A DNA stretch of 64,000 nucleotides from Candidatus Methylacidiphilales bacterium (GTDB lineage Bacteria > Verrucomicrobiota > Verrucomicrobiia > Methylacidiphilales > JBCBYL01): positions 1,228 through 65,227 of the forward strand of contig JBHJOR010000032.1 of assembly GCA_050329585.1 (NCBI GenBank). The letters run 5' to 3'. The translations under genes were made by a program, and so were the position numbers. Every line of letters starts with the position of its first letter. Position 1 is the first letter of the stretch. Below the pieces are notes generated by a model. The model ran no database searches. It saw only the letters and a list, made by a program, of their open reading frames with translations, and was not told the DNA's origin. Below, one piece after another: positions 20,893 through 31,185 of the stretch.

Positions 20893-23481
20893 ATGTCGCT
20901 TCCCTCCTCCACATCCTTTTCCCAACTCAGTCAGGAGCTGATACGTCAGACTGAATTCTGCGGAGAAAACGGCAAAACGCGTGCATTTTATTGCGACTTG
21001 GTTCAAACCCTTCAGCAGACACCGCAGAAAGTTTTAAAAGAGCGCCAGGAACGCGTTGCCAACTTGGCGCGGGAATTAGGCATCCACTTTTCCCCGCATC
21101 GCGATGGACAGGTGACCGATCACAACTGGCAACTCGACATCATTCCGCGGCTTATCGACCCTGCCGAATGGCGAGTCATCGAGGCAGGTCTGATTCAGCG
21201 AATGCGTGCATTCAACGCGTTACTCGACGACATCTATCACCAACGTTCCATTCTCAAGGATCGCATCATTCCCTTTCAGCTTATTTACGACGATCCCGCC
21301 CACCTCCTTCCCTGCCACGGCATCCAACAGCCCGGTAATATCCATCTCACCTTAGGAGCAGTGGATATGGTCAGGGATCGGCGCGGACGGTGGGTCATCA
21401 CCTCCAACCACTATTCCCTTCCCAACGGACTCTCCTTCGTGCTGCAAAACCGCCGCATGTTAACCCAATCGTTCCCTGAGATTTTCCACCCGGTTCCGAT
21501 TGTTCCGGTGACCGGTTTCACCTCGGATCTGGCCGAAACGCTGTCCGCATTATCCCCCGTCTCCAAACCTCTGGTCGTCATGCTGACCTTATCGCGGGAT
21601 CATCGTCACTGGTTTGAAGAAAGTTTCTTGGCGCGCCGTATGGGTTTCCCCTTGGTTGAACCTGGTGACCTTCTGGTGCGTGACAACCGCGTCTATCTTA
21701 AAACAGTGGGAGGCCTTGAACGTGTCGACGTCATCTATCGCCGCGCACCCAGCAGGCTTTTGGATCCCATCGCCTTCCGCAGCGCGCGTGGCTCCGGTAT
21801 TCCCGGACTGCTCAATTGCGTGCGCAAGGGCTCGGTCGTCATCGCCAACGCCTTCGGGGCGGGCGTTGCCGACAACAAAGCACTTCTTTCTTATTCCGAT
21901 GCCATCATTCGATATTATCTCGGCGAAGCCCCCATTCTTCCCACCGCCACCACCTATTGGTGCAGGGATCGCGATCAACTGGAATACGTTAAATCGCATC
22001 CGGGCACCATGTTGTTGAAGCCCATACACCGTCATGTTGAGACTGCACCCGCGAACGGGCTCGAAGTGAGTGATCAGTATGATTACCTCAAAAAAATGGA
22101 TCTGATGCTGGAACAGAGCCCGGATCTGGTGGTGGCACAGCCTTACATAGACGCCTCTTGTGCTCCACTGTATCAGGACGGGAAATTCTGGTCGCGCCCC
22201 GCATACCTGCGCGCGTTCTGCCTCATTGGCACCAAAGCGAGCGTGCTACCGGGAGGGTTGACCCGTCAGGCACTGCCCGGTGAAAGCCATCATTACATAG
22301 CCGATTTGGCCGGGGGAGCTAAAGACACCTGGATTCCCGCCTTCGGAACCTCCACTCCCGTTCCCAGCAACCAAGCTCTCCAACTGGCTCGTAAACGTGT
22401 CGAAGAGAAACCGTTCCGCACCACCAGCCGCGTCGCCGAGCAACTCTATTGGACCGGTCGCTATCTCGAGCGCGCCGAGCACACCGCGCGCATGATCCGT
22501 ATTCTGCTCGAACTTGGCTGGAACTCCCTCTCGACACGAGAGAAACTCAACCGCTGGCCGCTCTGGCAGGGTGTTGCCGCCTCCACCGGTCACGAAGATC
22601 TCACCAAATCCAAGAAACCCCCGACTGAAACCCTGCCCATCGCACGCGAGTTGGTTCTGCACTCGGAAAAAGCCTCATCTATCCTTAATTGCGTCCGCTT
22701 CGCCTCACGCAATGCCAGTGAAATACGCGAATTCTTAACCCCGGAAGTGTGGAGCGTGCTCAACCGCTTTTTGCTGCGGCTTGAAGACACGCCGCATAAA
22801 ACCCGCATCTCCGCCACGCGGCTTCAAGATGTCTGCCTTGAAACCACCGAACATGTGGCCCTCATTAATGGAACGATCAGCAGAACCATGCCGCATGACG
22901 ACGGCTGGCAAGCCTTTCGCTGCGGAGTTCTGCTGGAGCGTGCCTTGGGCACCGCTACTGTTCTCGGTATCGTTTTACCCCAAGCCATTCTGTTTCATAG
23001 TCACGATCACGATCAGGATCCCGACCTCACCTCACTGCTGCGTATGCTCGGATCGTTAGACGCCTATCAACGCGAATACCGCTCCCGCGCCTACCTACGA
23101 CAGGTTGCTGAACTGCTCTGGAAAAAAAACGACATCCCCGGTTCCATACTCTATTGCTTGCGAGAACTCAGCCAGCACCTCACTGCGCTGGAAGAGAAGG
23201 CGCGTCTTAAATCCACCCGATCCCCGCTGCACCGCACACGACGTCTGGAAAAAGCGCTCGACACTCTTGATACCTTTCCGCTCTTTCCGCGGCGCAATCT
23301 GGATTCTGACCTTATGGAATCCAACCTGAAAAAAGAAAATCAGCCCATGTCACGAAGCGTCCAGCAGTTGGGCCAGAGATGGATCGCAGAACTGGCCGCG
23401 CTTCACGATTTGATCGAAGACGCTTTTTTTAGTCACCTCCCCGGAACCGCGCGCCATTTGGGTCGTCGCACTAAGCCATGA
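20893..23481 (+). CDS. Circularly permuted ATP-grasp (type 2) fused to an alpha-E domain
   Basis: 862 aa; GSVVIANAFGAGVADNKALLSYSDAIIRYYLGEAPILPTATTYWC (CP-ATP-grasp), then SRVAEQLYWTGRYLERAEHTARMIRIL (alpha-E). Confidence 0.85.
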   Translation: MSLPSSTSFSQLSQELIRQTEFCGENGKTRAFYCDLVQTLQQTPQKVLKERQERVANLARELGIHFSPHRDGQVTDHNWQLDIIPRLIDPAEWRVIEAGLIQRMRAFNALLDDIYHQRSILKDRIIPFQLIYDDPAHLLPCHGIQQPGNIHLTLGAVDMVRDRRGRWVITSNHYSLPNGLSFVLQNRRMLTQSFPEIFHPVPIVPVTGFTSDLAETLSALSPVSKPLVVMLTLSRDHRHWFEESFLARRMGFPLVEPGDLLVRDNRVYLKTVGGLERVDVIYRRAPSRLLDPIAFRSARGSGIPGLLNCVRKGSVVIANAFGAGVADNKALLSYSDAIIRYYLGEAPILPTATTYWCRDRDQLEYVKSHPGTMLLKPIHRHVETAPANGLEVSDQYDYLKKMDLMLEQSPDLVVAQPYIDASCAPLYQDGKFWSRPAYLRAFCLIGTKASVLPGGLTRQALPGESHHYIADLAGGAKDTWIPAFGTSTPVPSNQALQLARKRVEEKPFRTTSRVAEQLYWTGRYLERAEHTARMIRILLELGWNSLSTREKLNRWPLWQGVAASTGHEDLTKSKKPPTETLPIARELVLHSEKASSILNCVRFASRNASEIREFLTPEVWSVLNRFLLRLEDTPHKTRISATRLQDVCLETTEHVALINGTISRTMPHDDGWQAFRCGVLLERALGTATVLGIVLPQAILFHSHDHDQDPDLTSLLRMLGSLDAYQREYRSRAYLRQVAELLWKKNDIPGSILYCLRELSQHLTALEEKARLKSTRSPLHRTRRLEKALDTLDTFPLFPRRNLDSDLMESNLKKENQPMSRSVQQLGQRWIAELAALHDLIEDAFFSHLPGTARHLGRRTKP

Positions 23482-24353
23482 TTTTCCGCATTACTCACAA
23501 AACGGTTTACCATTACCAGTCGCCTGCCTCCGAGTCGTATGGAGAGCTGCGCATTTGCCCGCTTTCGAATCCTTCTCAGGCGGTTCTTAAGCGCCAACTC
23601 ACCGTCACGCCGGCCACCCGCATACGGCATTACGATGATGTTTTTGGAAACCGCGTGGAATTTTTTTCCATACCCCACCGGCACGACATGCTGGAAGTGC
23701 ACGCCACCGCCGAGGTGCGCACCCACCCGCAAACGATGCCCGAGGCGGCAGAGTTGATAACCATTGCTGAAAGCCGTCAGGTCTTAGCCCGGCGGCTGAT
23801 GGACAACTACATTTACCTTCGCGCCACACCTCTTGTTCCCCTGCACGGAGTCCTTACCCCCCTGCGCACAGACTTCATCAAGCGTCATCAATCCATCGCG
23901 TCCGCTCTACTGTTCGTCAATCAATGGATCCACAAAAATATTCAATACCAGCCGGGGGTCACCAACAGTAACACCGCCCTACAGACGATCATCCAAAAAC
24001 GACGCGGCGTCTGTCAGGACTTTGCTCATTTAATGCTCTCCATTCTACGCACCTATGAAATTCCGGCGCGCTACGTCAGCGGATACATAGAAGCGTATGA
24101 TCCTTCGACGACCGACCCCGCACTGGTGGGAGCCACGGCTAGTCATGCCTGGGTCGAGGCCCTCTTGCCTGGAGGCCAATGGGTGGGACTCGATCCGACC
24201 AACAATCAGATCGCCAGTGAGCGTCACGTCCGTGTCGCGGTGGGCAGAGACTATCAGGATGTTGCTCCCTTGACCGGAACCTTTAAGGGTGCTCATAACC
24301 AGAATCTCAATGTGATCGTTTCCGTAAAGCGCAAAAAAAAGCCATCGTTATGA
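23478..24353 (+). CDS. Transglutaminase-like cysteine protease family protein
   Basis: MIFRITHKTVYHYQSP (Bact_transglu_N); Cys/His/Asp contexts GVCQDFAH, ASHAWVEA, GLDPTN; ATGA overlap with both neighbours. Confidence 0.9.
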   Translation: MIFRITHKTVYHYQSPASESYGELRICPLSNPSQAVLKRQLTVTPATRIRHYDDVFGNRVEFFSIPHRHDMLEVHATAEVRTHPQTMPEAAELITIAESRQVLARRLMDNYIYLRATPLVPLHGVLTPLRTDFIKRHQSIASALLFVNQWIHKNIQYQPGVTNSNTALQTIIQKRRGVCQDFAHLMLSILRTYEIPARYVSGYIEAYDPSTTDPALVGATASHAWVEALLPGGQWVGLDPTNNQIASERHVRVAVGRDYQDVAPLTGTFKGAHNQNLNVIVSVKRKKKPSL

Positions 24354-26479
24354 ACAATTCAGGATCTCTGCAACCCTCCAGTCCAGAAACGGCTTGTAGC
24401 AGAATCGAGGCCCTCCTTCGCCGCCACCGCATCACGCTGACCATGGGAGGAGAACCTACGTTTGTCCCGTTGGATCCCAAGGGTGACGAATGGAGTCTCG
24501 CTGCGCTGGGACCCAGCAAACTGGGCTACGCCCGCGCCATGGCACTTCACCTTATCGAGTCCTCATGGCCTGGAGCACTGATGCTGCAGACTTACGGTAA
24601 AACCTACCCGGGTGAACCTTTACCTCGTTGGAATATCGTTATCGAAATGCGGCACCGCTTTGATCAATCTCCCTTGTGGAACCGTCCTCAGCTACTCACG
24701 TCTGACCAACCGCCCGCTCGTCCTGTAACCGCCGCTCAAGCCTCCTCACTGGCCCGGCTCATTGCCCGCCGACTGGGTTTTGCAGACTATCTCATGCGTT
24801 TCCGTGAGGTGGAATCCGGCCGGGCTCCGGCATGGGTGTTACCTCTTCTTTTTGATGACGAAACCATGGTTTTCCAGACCGCCCGCTGGACGCTGGAAAA
24901 AAAGCAACAGACTCTGATCCCCGGTGACAGCACTGCTGGACTGCGATTACCTTTGGATCGGCTGGCCCCGGACACCCCCCGAAAGGCATTAGTTATTCAA
25001 GCTCAGGATTCCGCCGTGATGGTTTTTATTCCGCCATTGAGCCGCCGCGGGTTTGACCTGCTTACGCGTGTTGTCGAGGAAAGTTGTCAGAGCTTGCCCG
25101 ACCACTCCGTGATGCTGGCGGGATATCCGCCCACCGACGGATCGATGTTCGACCGGCTGATTTTGGCGTCAGATCCCGGCGTGCTGGAAATCAACCTGCC
25201 GCCCAAAGAAAACTGGATCGAACACCGGCACATCTTGCGGCAGGTTTACGACGCGGCCCACGCCGTGGGCCTGTGCGCCCGCAAATTCCACTTCAATGGG
25301 GATATTCATGGAACGGGAGGCGGTGCTCACTTGGCTTTTGGGGGTGCCACCGTGGAACAAAGCCCCTTCCTCACGCACCCTACCCTTCTTCGATCCGTAG
25401 TGCGCTACTGGCATAATCACCCCTGCCTGAGCTACTTGTTTACGGGAATCTTCGTAGGACCCGGATCCCAGGCCCCACGTGTCGATGAATCCAATCCCCT
25501 CCTGCTCCAAGAACTTGAATTGGCTCTTTCCTCACCACTACCGCGACGCCCGACTTTTGAAAATATCTACCTGCCGTTGCGCCATTTTTTTGTGGATGCT
25601 GCGGGCAATACCCACCGGGCTGAAATCTGCCTGGATAAACTCTGGAATCTTTCTTCGTCCAATGGCTGCTCCGGATTGATAGAATTCCGCGCTTTTGAAA
25701 CCTGTGAATCAGCTGACGAACTGGCTTGGGCTTCCTTACTCATCCGGGCGGTTATCACCCGCCTCATTCACCGGCCCTACACGGAACCACTTCGCCCCTG
25801 GGGAAACGTGCTGCACGATGCCTATTTTTTAAAACCCTTTTTGGAACAGGATCTGGAATCCATTCTTCAAGATTTGGAAAGCTGCAACATCTCACTGCCT
25901 CGCTCCGCCTTCAGCTCTTATTGGGCCAGGCGTTTTCCACACCTCGGCACATTTGAGTTCGGGGAGAATCGGCGCTTGGATTTTTACTCCGCGCCGGAAA
26001 TCTGGCCGCTACTGAGTGAGGTTCCCTCGGGCAGTGTCACGTCCCGGCCGGTTGATGTCAGTAATGAACGCATCATGGCTCTGGCCTCACATGCCCCGAT
26101 CTCGCGGCAGGGATGGTTGCGCTGTGCGGATATCCCGTTCCAACTACGCACCCATGGCCGCAAGGCCTTGCGCGGTATACGCTTCCGGGCTCTCGTCTCA
26201 GTCAACTCGCTGCATCCGCATCTTCCGGTGCACGTCCCGCTAAAAATCCAATGGGTGGACGCGGCCTCCGGCATGGTCACTCACTCGGCACGCTTCTATC
26301 CTTGGAATCCCGGTGGTAAAGATTACCCCGGACGCCCGAAAACGGCCGAAGAAGCCGCACAGAGACGCAAGGAACGTTGGGTCACCCCCACGTTCAAACC
26401 CTCGCGTCACGGGAACAAACCACCCCTGAAAGACCAACAGGGATGGACATTTGATCTCCGGCTAACGCGGCAGACTTAA
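24350..26479 (+). CDS. DUF2126 putative glutamine-synthetase-like amidoligase
   Basis: 709 aa; LTMGGEPTFVPLDPKGDEWSLAALGPSK...YPGEPLPRW block typical of DUF2126. Confidence 0.8.
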   Translation: MNNSGSLQPSSPETACSRIEALLRRHRITLTMGGEPTFVPLDPKGDEWSLAALGPSKLGYARAMALHLIESSWPGALMLQTYGKTYPGEPLPRWNIVIEMRHRFDQSPLWNRPQLLTSDQPPARPVTAAQASSLARLIARRLGFADYLMRFREVESGRAPAWVLPLLFDDETMVFQTARWTLEKKQQTLIPGDSTAGLRLPLDRLAPDTPRKALVIQAQDSAVMVFIPPLSRRGFDLLTRVVEESCQSLPDHSVMLAGYPPTDGSMFDRLILASDPGVLEINLPPKENWIEHRHILRQVYDAAHAVGLCARKFHFNGDIHGTGGGAHLAFGGATVEQSPFLTHPTLLRSVVRYWHNHPCLSYLFTGIFVGPGSQAPRVDESNPLLLQELELALSSPLPRRPTFENIYLPLRHFFVDAAGNTHRAEICLDKLWNLSSSNGCSGLIEFRAFETCESADELAWASLLIRAVITRLIHRPYTEPLRPWGNVLHDAYFLKPFLEQDLESILQDLESCNISLPRSAFSSYWARRFPHLGTFEFGENRRLDFYSAPEIWPLLSEVPSGSVTSRPVDVSNERIMALASHAPISRQGWLRCADIPFQLRTHGRKALRGIRFRALVSVNSLHPHLPVHVPLKIQWVDAASGMVTHSARFYPWNPGGKDYPGRPKTAEEAAQRRKERWVTPTFKPSRHGNKPPLKDQQGWTFDLRLTRQT

Positions 26480-28395
26480 CGGCCGCGACGGGGGCGATCT
26501 GTGCGACCACCTTCCCCACGATCCGGACGGCGTCCGCTGCCTGATCGAGGAGAGTGCCGCTCCGGACGGGCACTGCGGCCACCTTCGCGCTCACCCGATC
26601 CTGCCGACGATCTAGCCGACCGGGGGCGTTCCGAACCGGATGCGTCACGCTTGAAATCACGGCGCCCCTCAATGAAACGTGGACGATCCGATGTACGTTT
26701 ATCGCCATCGCCACTACGGGAGGGGGGACGACTTGGACGAAATTCAGAGCGCCCACCTTCACTCGGGCGCGCGGGGCGGAACTCCGAGCTGGATCTCTCA
26801 GATTGACGTGGGGGTCTTGACTCAGACCGTCCTCCCTCCGCGCGGCGTGCGGGACGGAACTCCGAGCGTCCACCCTCGGTTCTCGCCGGACGATCCGAAC
26901 GGCTCGTTGAAGAGGAACGCTCTCTGGATCCGGATTCGGTATCGCGCGAGAAACGTCGTCCCGATGAGGGTGGGCGTGATTCCCGCCTTTCTGAACTACT
27001 GCGTTCTCCGCCAGATGAACGTGAGTCGTTTCCTTCGAAACGACGACGTTCCGGTCTGGATTCTCCACGCTCCCTGGGGGCACTGGAAGATGAACGTCTG
27101 CGCTCTGCACCACCACCGCCACTTCCACCTTGACGACGGCGACGTTGAGGTGCGCGACTGCGCGGATCTTTGGAGCGTTCCAGATAGGCAGCCGCCAAAT
27201 CATCCGAGTGGTAGGGATGTTCCACCATAACCGGGATGGATTTACCGATCCATTTTTCCACTTCTTTTAATTCACCTAATTCCTCATGGGAGCACAATGT
27301 CAGTGCCATGCCTTCGGCTCCCGCCCGGGCGGTGCGGCCGATGCGGTGAACATAGGATTCCGGATCATCAGGCAGATCAAAGTTCACCACCAAGGTGATA
27401 TCTTTGACATCGATGCCCCGGGCCGCCACGTCGGTGGCAACTAGAACCCGGACTTTTTTAGCCCGGAATGCCTGTAAGGCGCGTTCTCGTGCGGCTTGGC
27501 TTTTGCCGCCGTGAATCACTTCGACACGGTGACCGGCTTGGGCCAGTTTGATGCTGAGTTTTTCCGAGCCGTGTTTGGTTCTTCCAAAAATCAGGGTGAG
27601 TGGTGAGCCGGCTTCGTTCTTTTGGGCTTCCAGCATTTCATTGAGAAAGGTCAGCTTGTCATCACGTTTCATAAAGCAAACATGCTGCTGGATGCGATCC
27701 CCGGTGGTTTTTTGGGGTGTAATGCTGACTTGGGCCGGCTGGCGTAATAGCGAGTTCGCTAACTCGCGCACTGCGGGAGCCATGGTGGCGGAAAAGAACA
27801 GGGTTTGCCGTGTTTCAGGCATCTCGGCCGAGATTTTGCGCATGTCATGGATGAACCCCATATCGAGCATCCGGTCGGCCTCATCGAGGACAAAAAACTC
27901 GACTTTACGCAAATCGACATGGCCGCTTTCCATGAGGTCCATCAATCGCCCCGGAGTGGCGACCAATACATCGACACCGCGGGACATGGCCTTGATTTGG
28001 GGGGTGTAACCGACACCGCCGTAAACCAGGGCTTTGGAAACGCGCAGGTGTTTGCCGTAGGTTTCGACACTTTTGGAAACTTGGATGGCCAGCTCTCGAG
28101 TAGGCACCAGGACTAAGGCGCGCACCGTCTTGGGTGCGGGCTTCTGGGTGTGCAGGGCCAAGCGGTGCAGCAAGGGCAGGGAGAATGCCGCTGTTTTACC
28201 TGTGCCGGTTTGAGCGCAGCCCAACAGGTCGCGCCCTTCAAGGATCAACGGAATAGCTTGCGCCTGGATAGGCGTGGGGATGGTGTAGTTTTGTTCCGTT
28301 AAGGCGCGTTGAACAGGTTCAGCGAGCGCCATGGAGGCAAAGGTGATGTCGGGGATGGAAGGGGTGTCAGTCGTGGGTTGGAGGGGGTCATTCAT
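26476..28395 (-). CDS. rhlE: DEAD-box ATP-dependent RNA helicase (RhlE-like) with ~230-aa Arg/Ser/Gly/Glu-rich C-terminal tail
   Basis: AQTGTGKTAAF, VLDEADRM, SAT, HRIGRTARAG motifs. The tail has repeated EGGRSEFRPARP-like units. Confidence 0.93.
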   Translation of the reverse strand: MNDPLQPTTDTPSIPDITFASMALAEPVQRALTEQNYTIPTPIQAQAIPLILEGRDLLGCAQTGTGKTAAFSLPLLHRLALHTQKPAPKTVRALVLVPTRELAIQVSKSVETYGKHLRVSKALVYGGVGYTPQIKAMSRGVDVLVATPGRLMDLMESGHVDLRKVEFFVLDEADRMLDMGFIHDMRKISAEMPETRQTLFFSATMAPAVRELANSLLRQPAQVSITPQKTTGDRIQQHVCFMKRDDKLTFLNEMLEAQKNEAGSPLTLIFGRTKHGSEKLSIKLAQAGHRVEVIHGGKSQAARERALQAFRAKKVRVLVATDVAARGIDVKDITLVVNFDLPDDPESYVHRIGRTARAGAEGMALTLCSHEELGELKEVEKWIGKSIPVMVEHPYHSDDLAAAYLERSKDPRSRAPQRRRRQGGSGGGGAERRRSSSSAPRERGESRPERRRFEGNDSRSSGGERSSSERRESRPPSSGRRFSRDTESGSRERSSSTSRSDRPARTEGGRSEFRPARRAEGGRSESRPPRQSERSSSEFRPARPSEGGRSEFRPSRPPSRSGDGDKRTSDRPRFIEGRRDFKRDASGSERPRSARSSAGSGEREGGRSARPERHSPRSGSGRRPDRGEGGRTDRPRRGR

Positions 28396-28419
28396 AGGAG
28401 TCCTTGGTATATGATAATA

Positions 28420-28452
28420 TTCCGGGTTCGGGATTCATTTCCCGAACTGGAA
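28420..28452 (-). promoter_or_regulatory. Stem-loop in the helicase 5' leader
   Basis: TTCCGGGTTCGGGA / TCCCGAACTGGAA arms around a 6-nt loop, ending 25 nt upstream of the start codon. Confidence 0.3.
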
Positions 28453-28745
28453 GCGTGTCTTCTGTTCTTCTAATCTCGATCTAATTTCGAATAGATCCGA
28501 GAGGGTTCGATGTCGTATTGCCCGATCTACACCTCATCGAAAGGAACAGTCCAGGAGGCTCTTATTTGATCACTGCCATGACAACCGTGAATGCCTAATG
28601 TTCTACTAGAGTAAATTATCTTTCCTGCAAGGATTATCTTAACCTTAGACTACTTCCTCACCCCGGAGCCGAAGGCACATCTTAAACCTTTCATTTCATT
28701 TTTTTGCTTTTCAATACTATTCGCTTGTATTAACATATAAGCGAA

Positions 28746-29243
28746 GTGAAAAAGCAGTCTGCTCAAAATGATTTGGAGCGTTTGACTAACCTGACTCTCT
28801 ATCTCCAGCGCCATTTTGTCATCAGCCTGACGGAGCAAACCAGCGAGCTCAAACTTTCCATCCCGCAATACACCCTGCTGGGATTTTTAATCGCCAACGG
28901 TCCCACCACCATGGGTAATCTGGCTCTGATGATGGGACACTCAACCCCTGCGGCAACCGGTTTGGTGGATCGGTTGTGCCGATCTGGTTTTCTGGAACGC
29001 AGCCCGGGTTCGAATGATCGACGCCAAGTGGTCGTCAGTATCACTGAAAACGGTCGCCACTTAATGGATCATACCCGAGGGGAGCTCATCCGATGCCTTT
29101 CGGAAATCCGTTCCCGACTTCCCCCCGAAGATCAAAAAGCATGGCTGCGCGTCTATGAGGCGATGCACGATTACTGTGAGGAAAAACGCTCCAAAACCGC
29201 AGAAGGTCTTACCCGCGAGTCAACAGGCTCCGCTAAAAACTAG
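28746..29243 (+). CDS. MarR-family transcriptional regulator
   Basis: 165 aa; LSIPQYTLLGFLIANGPTTMGNLALMMGHSTPAATGLVDRLCRSGFLERSPGSNDRRQVVVSITENG is a MarR wHTH. Confidence 0.85.
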   Translation: MKKQSAQNDLERLTNLTLYLQRHFVISLTEQTSELKLSIPQYTLLGFLIANGPTTMGNLALMMGHSTPAATGLVDRLCRSGFLERSPGSNDRRQVVVSITENGRHLMDHTRGELIRCLSEIRSRLPPEDQKAWLRVYEAMHDYCEEKRSKTAEGLTRESTGSAKN

Positions 29244-29355
29244 TGTGTAAATGTGGTGGGTTTGACGGCTCTTGCCACGGCTGTTTTCCCCGACGCGCTG
29301 AGACGACCAAAGCTTTTGATTGAGTATTCTGATTTTGGCAGAATACTTGAGCATC

Positions 29356-31185
29356 ATGACTGATCCAGAAGACGGGCGAGAATCCTTGATGATGCGTCTT
29401 CAGCGCCTGGAGGAGGAATGTGCTTCCATTAAATGTGCCTTACAGAGCACTTCCGTGCCCCCCCTGCCCCACACTACGCCACCGCCTCTGCCATGCCCTG
29501 CGCCACCCGGGAATAGAGACCTCCTCGAGGGCAACGAGGTCATGGCGTGCCCAGAGTCCTTAGAGTGCCAAGAGGTTAAAAAGTCATCGCCTCCTCCATG
29601 TCCTACGTCTGTCCCTGTTGAATCAAAACCCATCCGCACGCCCGTAAATCCATGGTCGATGGAGAAATGGCTGGCCGCCTTAGGCGCTGTTTTAACCCTT
29701 CTGGGTTTGTGTTTTTTATTTCTTCATGCGGTGGAGCAGGGTTGGCTGGCTCCTTGGGTGCGAATAAGCTTTGGCGTTCTTCTTGGAGCACTGTTTTACG
29801 GCGTTGGCACGCAGATTTCACGGCTTCCGGGCTGGTTCAAATCGATATTGACTGGCTCTGCTTTCGCGGTGTGGTTCTGCACGGTGTTTGCCGCCCATGC
29901 CTGGTATAATCTGATTCCGGCAACCGAAGCTTTGGCTGTCGTTCTGGTGGTGGCCGTCTGCGCAGCGGCCTTGGCCCGAGGTTCCCGCTTCAAGGGAGTC
30001 TTGGTACTTTCGGCTGCGGGCGGTTTGCTTGCTCCTTTATTTTTGTCGGAGGGTAACTTCAGTGGCTTTGAAATGCTTTTTTTGGCGGGTTTGGGACTTA
30101 CCGGTGCATGGGTTTACCAGAAAGTCCAAGCAACGGGATGGGTTTGGATCTGGTTTTTTCTGGGTGCGGCGGTTTTGCTGCAAGGGGCAGATCGTTCCAT
30201 GGACTACGGTGCACGATGGGTTCTTCAGGGAGGATGGTTAATCTGGGGACTGACACTGATTGGATCAACCGCTTGGAAGTGGCTGATGAGCTTCCGGTCT
30301 GACACACCGGAGCAAGCGGACGCATCAGCAGGTCATGGTGCTATGATCTTCTCCATGGCCACCGTCCCCTTTGTGATGTTCTTGACGGGCTCGGCAGTTT
30401 GGGATTTACCGGAAAGGGATGCAGGCTGGGTAGCCCTGTTACTGGCGGTGATGGGATGGCTTATGATATGGCGGCTTCAGAATGTGAATCGGAATCCAAC
30501 GGATGCACGAGTCAGGATGGTGCTGCGTTTTCATGGAATTCTTTTCGGGCTGGCGGCCTTGGTCATGATCCTCGATGGAACCAGTCAGTTTTTGACTACA
30601 GCCGCGGTGGCATGGGTTCTGATTCAACGTGGGACGTTGCATAAGCTGGGATGGATGCGGTGGCTTGGATATGGCTTGATGGCTTGGACGGTTCTTTGGC
30701 TGGCAGTTCGAATTTTAGACGCGAGCCCTCCACTGTCTTGGTCTTGGCCGTTGGCCGGAGATCGCGCGGCGGATTTATTGGTGACGGCACTCATCATGTC
30801 ACAGGCTCTACTTCCATGGCGCCGTGAATCGGGCGGCACCTTGCATTGGATCATCGGCGTCTGCATGCTGTTGCCTGCTCTCGCGAAAGCAGCACAACTC
30901 TTTCCTCACGCCGAGCCGCTGACCACCGCAATGTGGACGGTTTTCGGCCTGATGTGCTGGGTCGCCGGACGCCTCTTATCCAGGACTTTATTTCTTCGAA
31001 CCTTTGTGGTTCTGATGCCTTTAATTCTGACCAAACTGTTTTTATTTGATATGTCATCGGTGGATACTCTTTGGCGGGTGTTGTTGTTTTTGGGCATGGG
31101 CGGAGCGATTTTAGGAGTGAGCCTCTGGATTGCCAGCCGCCCGGCTGCGCAGAGCAAAAAAGAATCGATCCCTTCAGAATTATGA
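29356..31185 (+). CDS. DUF2339-like polytopic membrane protein
   Basis: Short coiled N-terminus, Pro-rich linker, then about 15 or more TM helices; ATG at 29356 preferred; its stop overlaps the thyA ATG (ATGA). Confidence 0.7.
   Translation: MTDPEDGRESLMMRLQRLEEECASIKCALQSTSVPPLPHTTPPPLPCPAPPGNRDLLEGNEVMACPESLECQEVKKSSPPPCPTSVPVESKPIRTPVNPWSMEKWLAALGAVLTLLGLCFLFLHAVEQGWLAPWVRISFGVLLGALFYGVGTQISRLPGWFKSILTGSAFAVWFCTVFAAHAWYNLIPATEALAVVLVVAVCAAALARGSRFKGVLVLSAAGGLLAPLFLSEGNFSGFEMLFLAGLGLTGAWVYQKVQATGWVWIWFFLGAAVLLQGADRSMDYGARWVLQGGWLIWGLTLIGSTAWKWLMSFRSDTPEQADASAGHGAMIFSMATVPFVMFLTGSAVWDLPERDAGWVALLLAVMGWLMIWRLQNVNRNPTDARVRMVLRFHGILFGLAALVMILDGTSQFLTTAAVAWVLIQRGTLHKLGWMRWLGYGLMAWTVLWLAVRILDASPPLSWSWPLAGDRAADLLVTALIMSQALLPWRRESGGTLHWIIGVCMLLPALAKAAQLFPHAEPLTTAMWTVFGLMCWVAGRLLSRTLFLRTFVVLMPLILTKLFLFDMSSVDTLWRVLLFLGMGGAILGVSLWIASRPAAQSKKESIPSEL

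Noticed and set aside
21589-22035. Overlapping 148-aa (minus strand) and 134-aa (plus strand) ORFs
   Set aside because: Both lie inside the well-supported ATP-grasp/alpha-E gene in other frames.
26394-27230. 269-aa minus-strand and 183-aa plus-strand ORFs over the helicase tail
   Set aside because: These are alternative frames of repetitive GC-rich DNA encoding the RS/RG tail. The open frames are a by-product of codon-repeat composition.
31071-31181. 37-codon upstream extension of thyA
   Set aside because: It overlaps the DUF2339 gene. ThyA family N-termini begin at MNSYEDLL.
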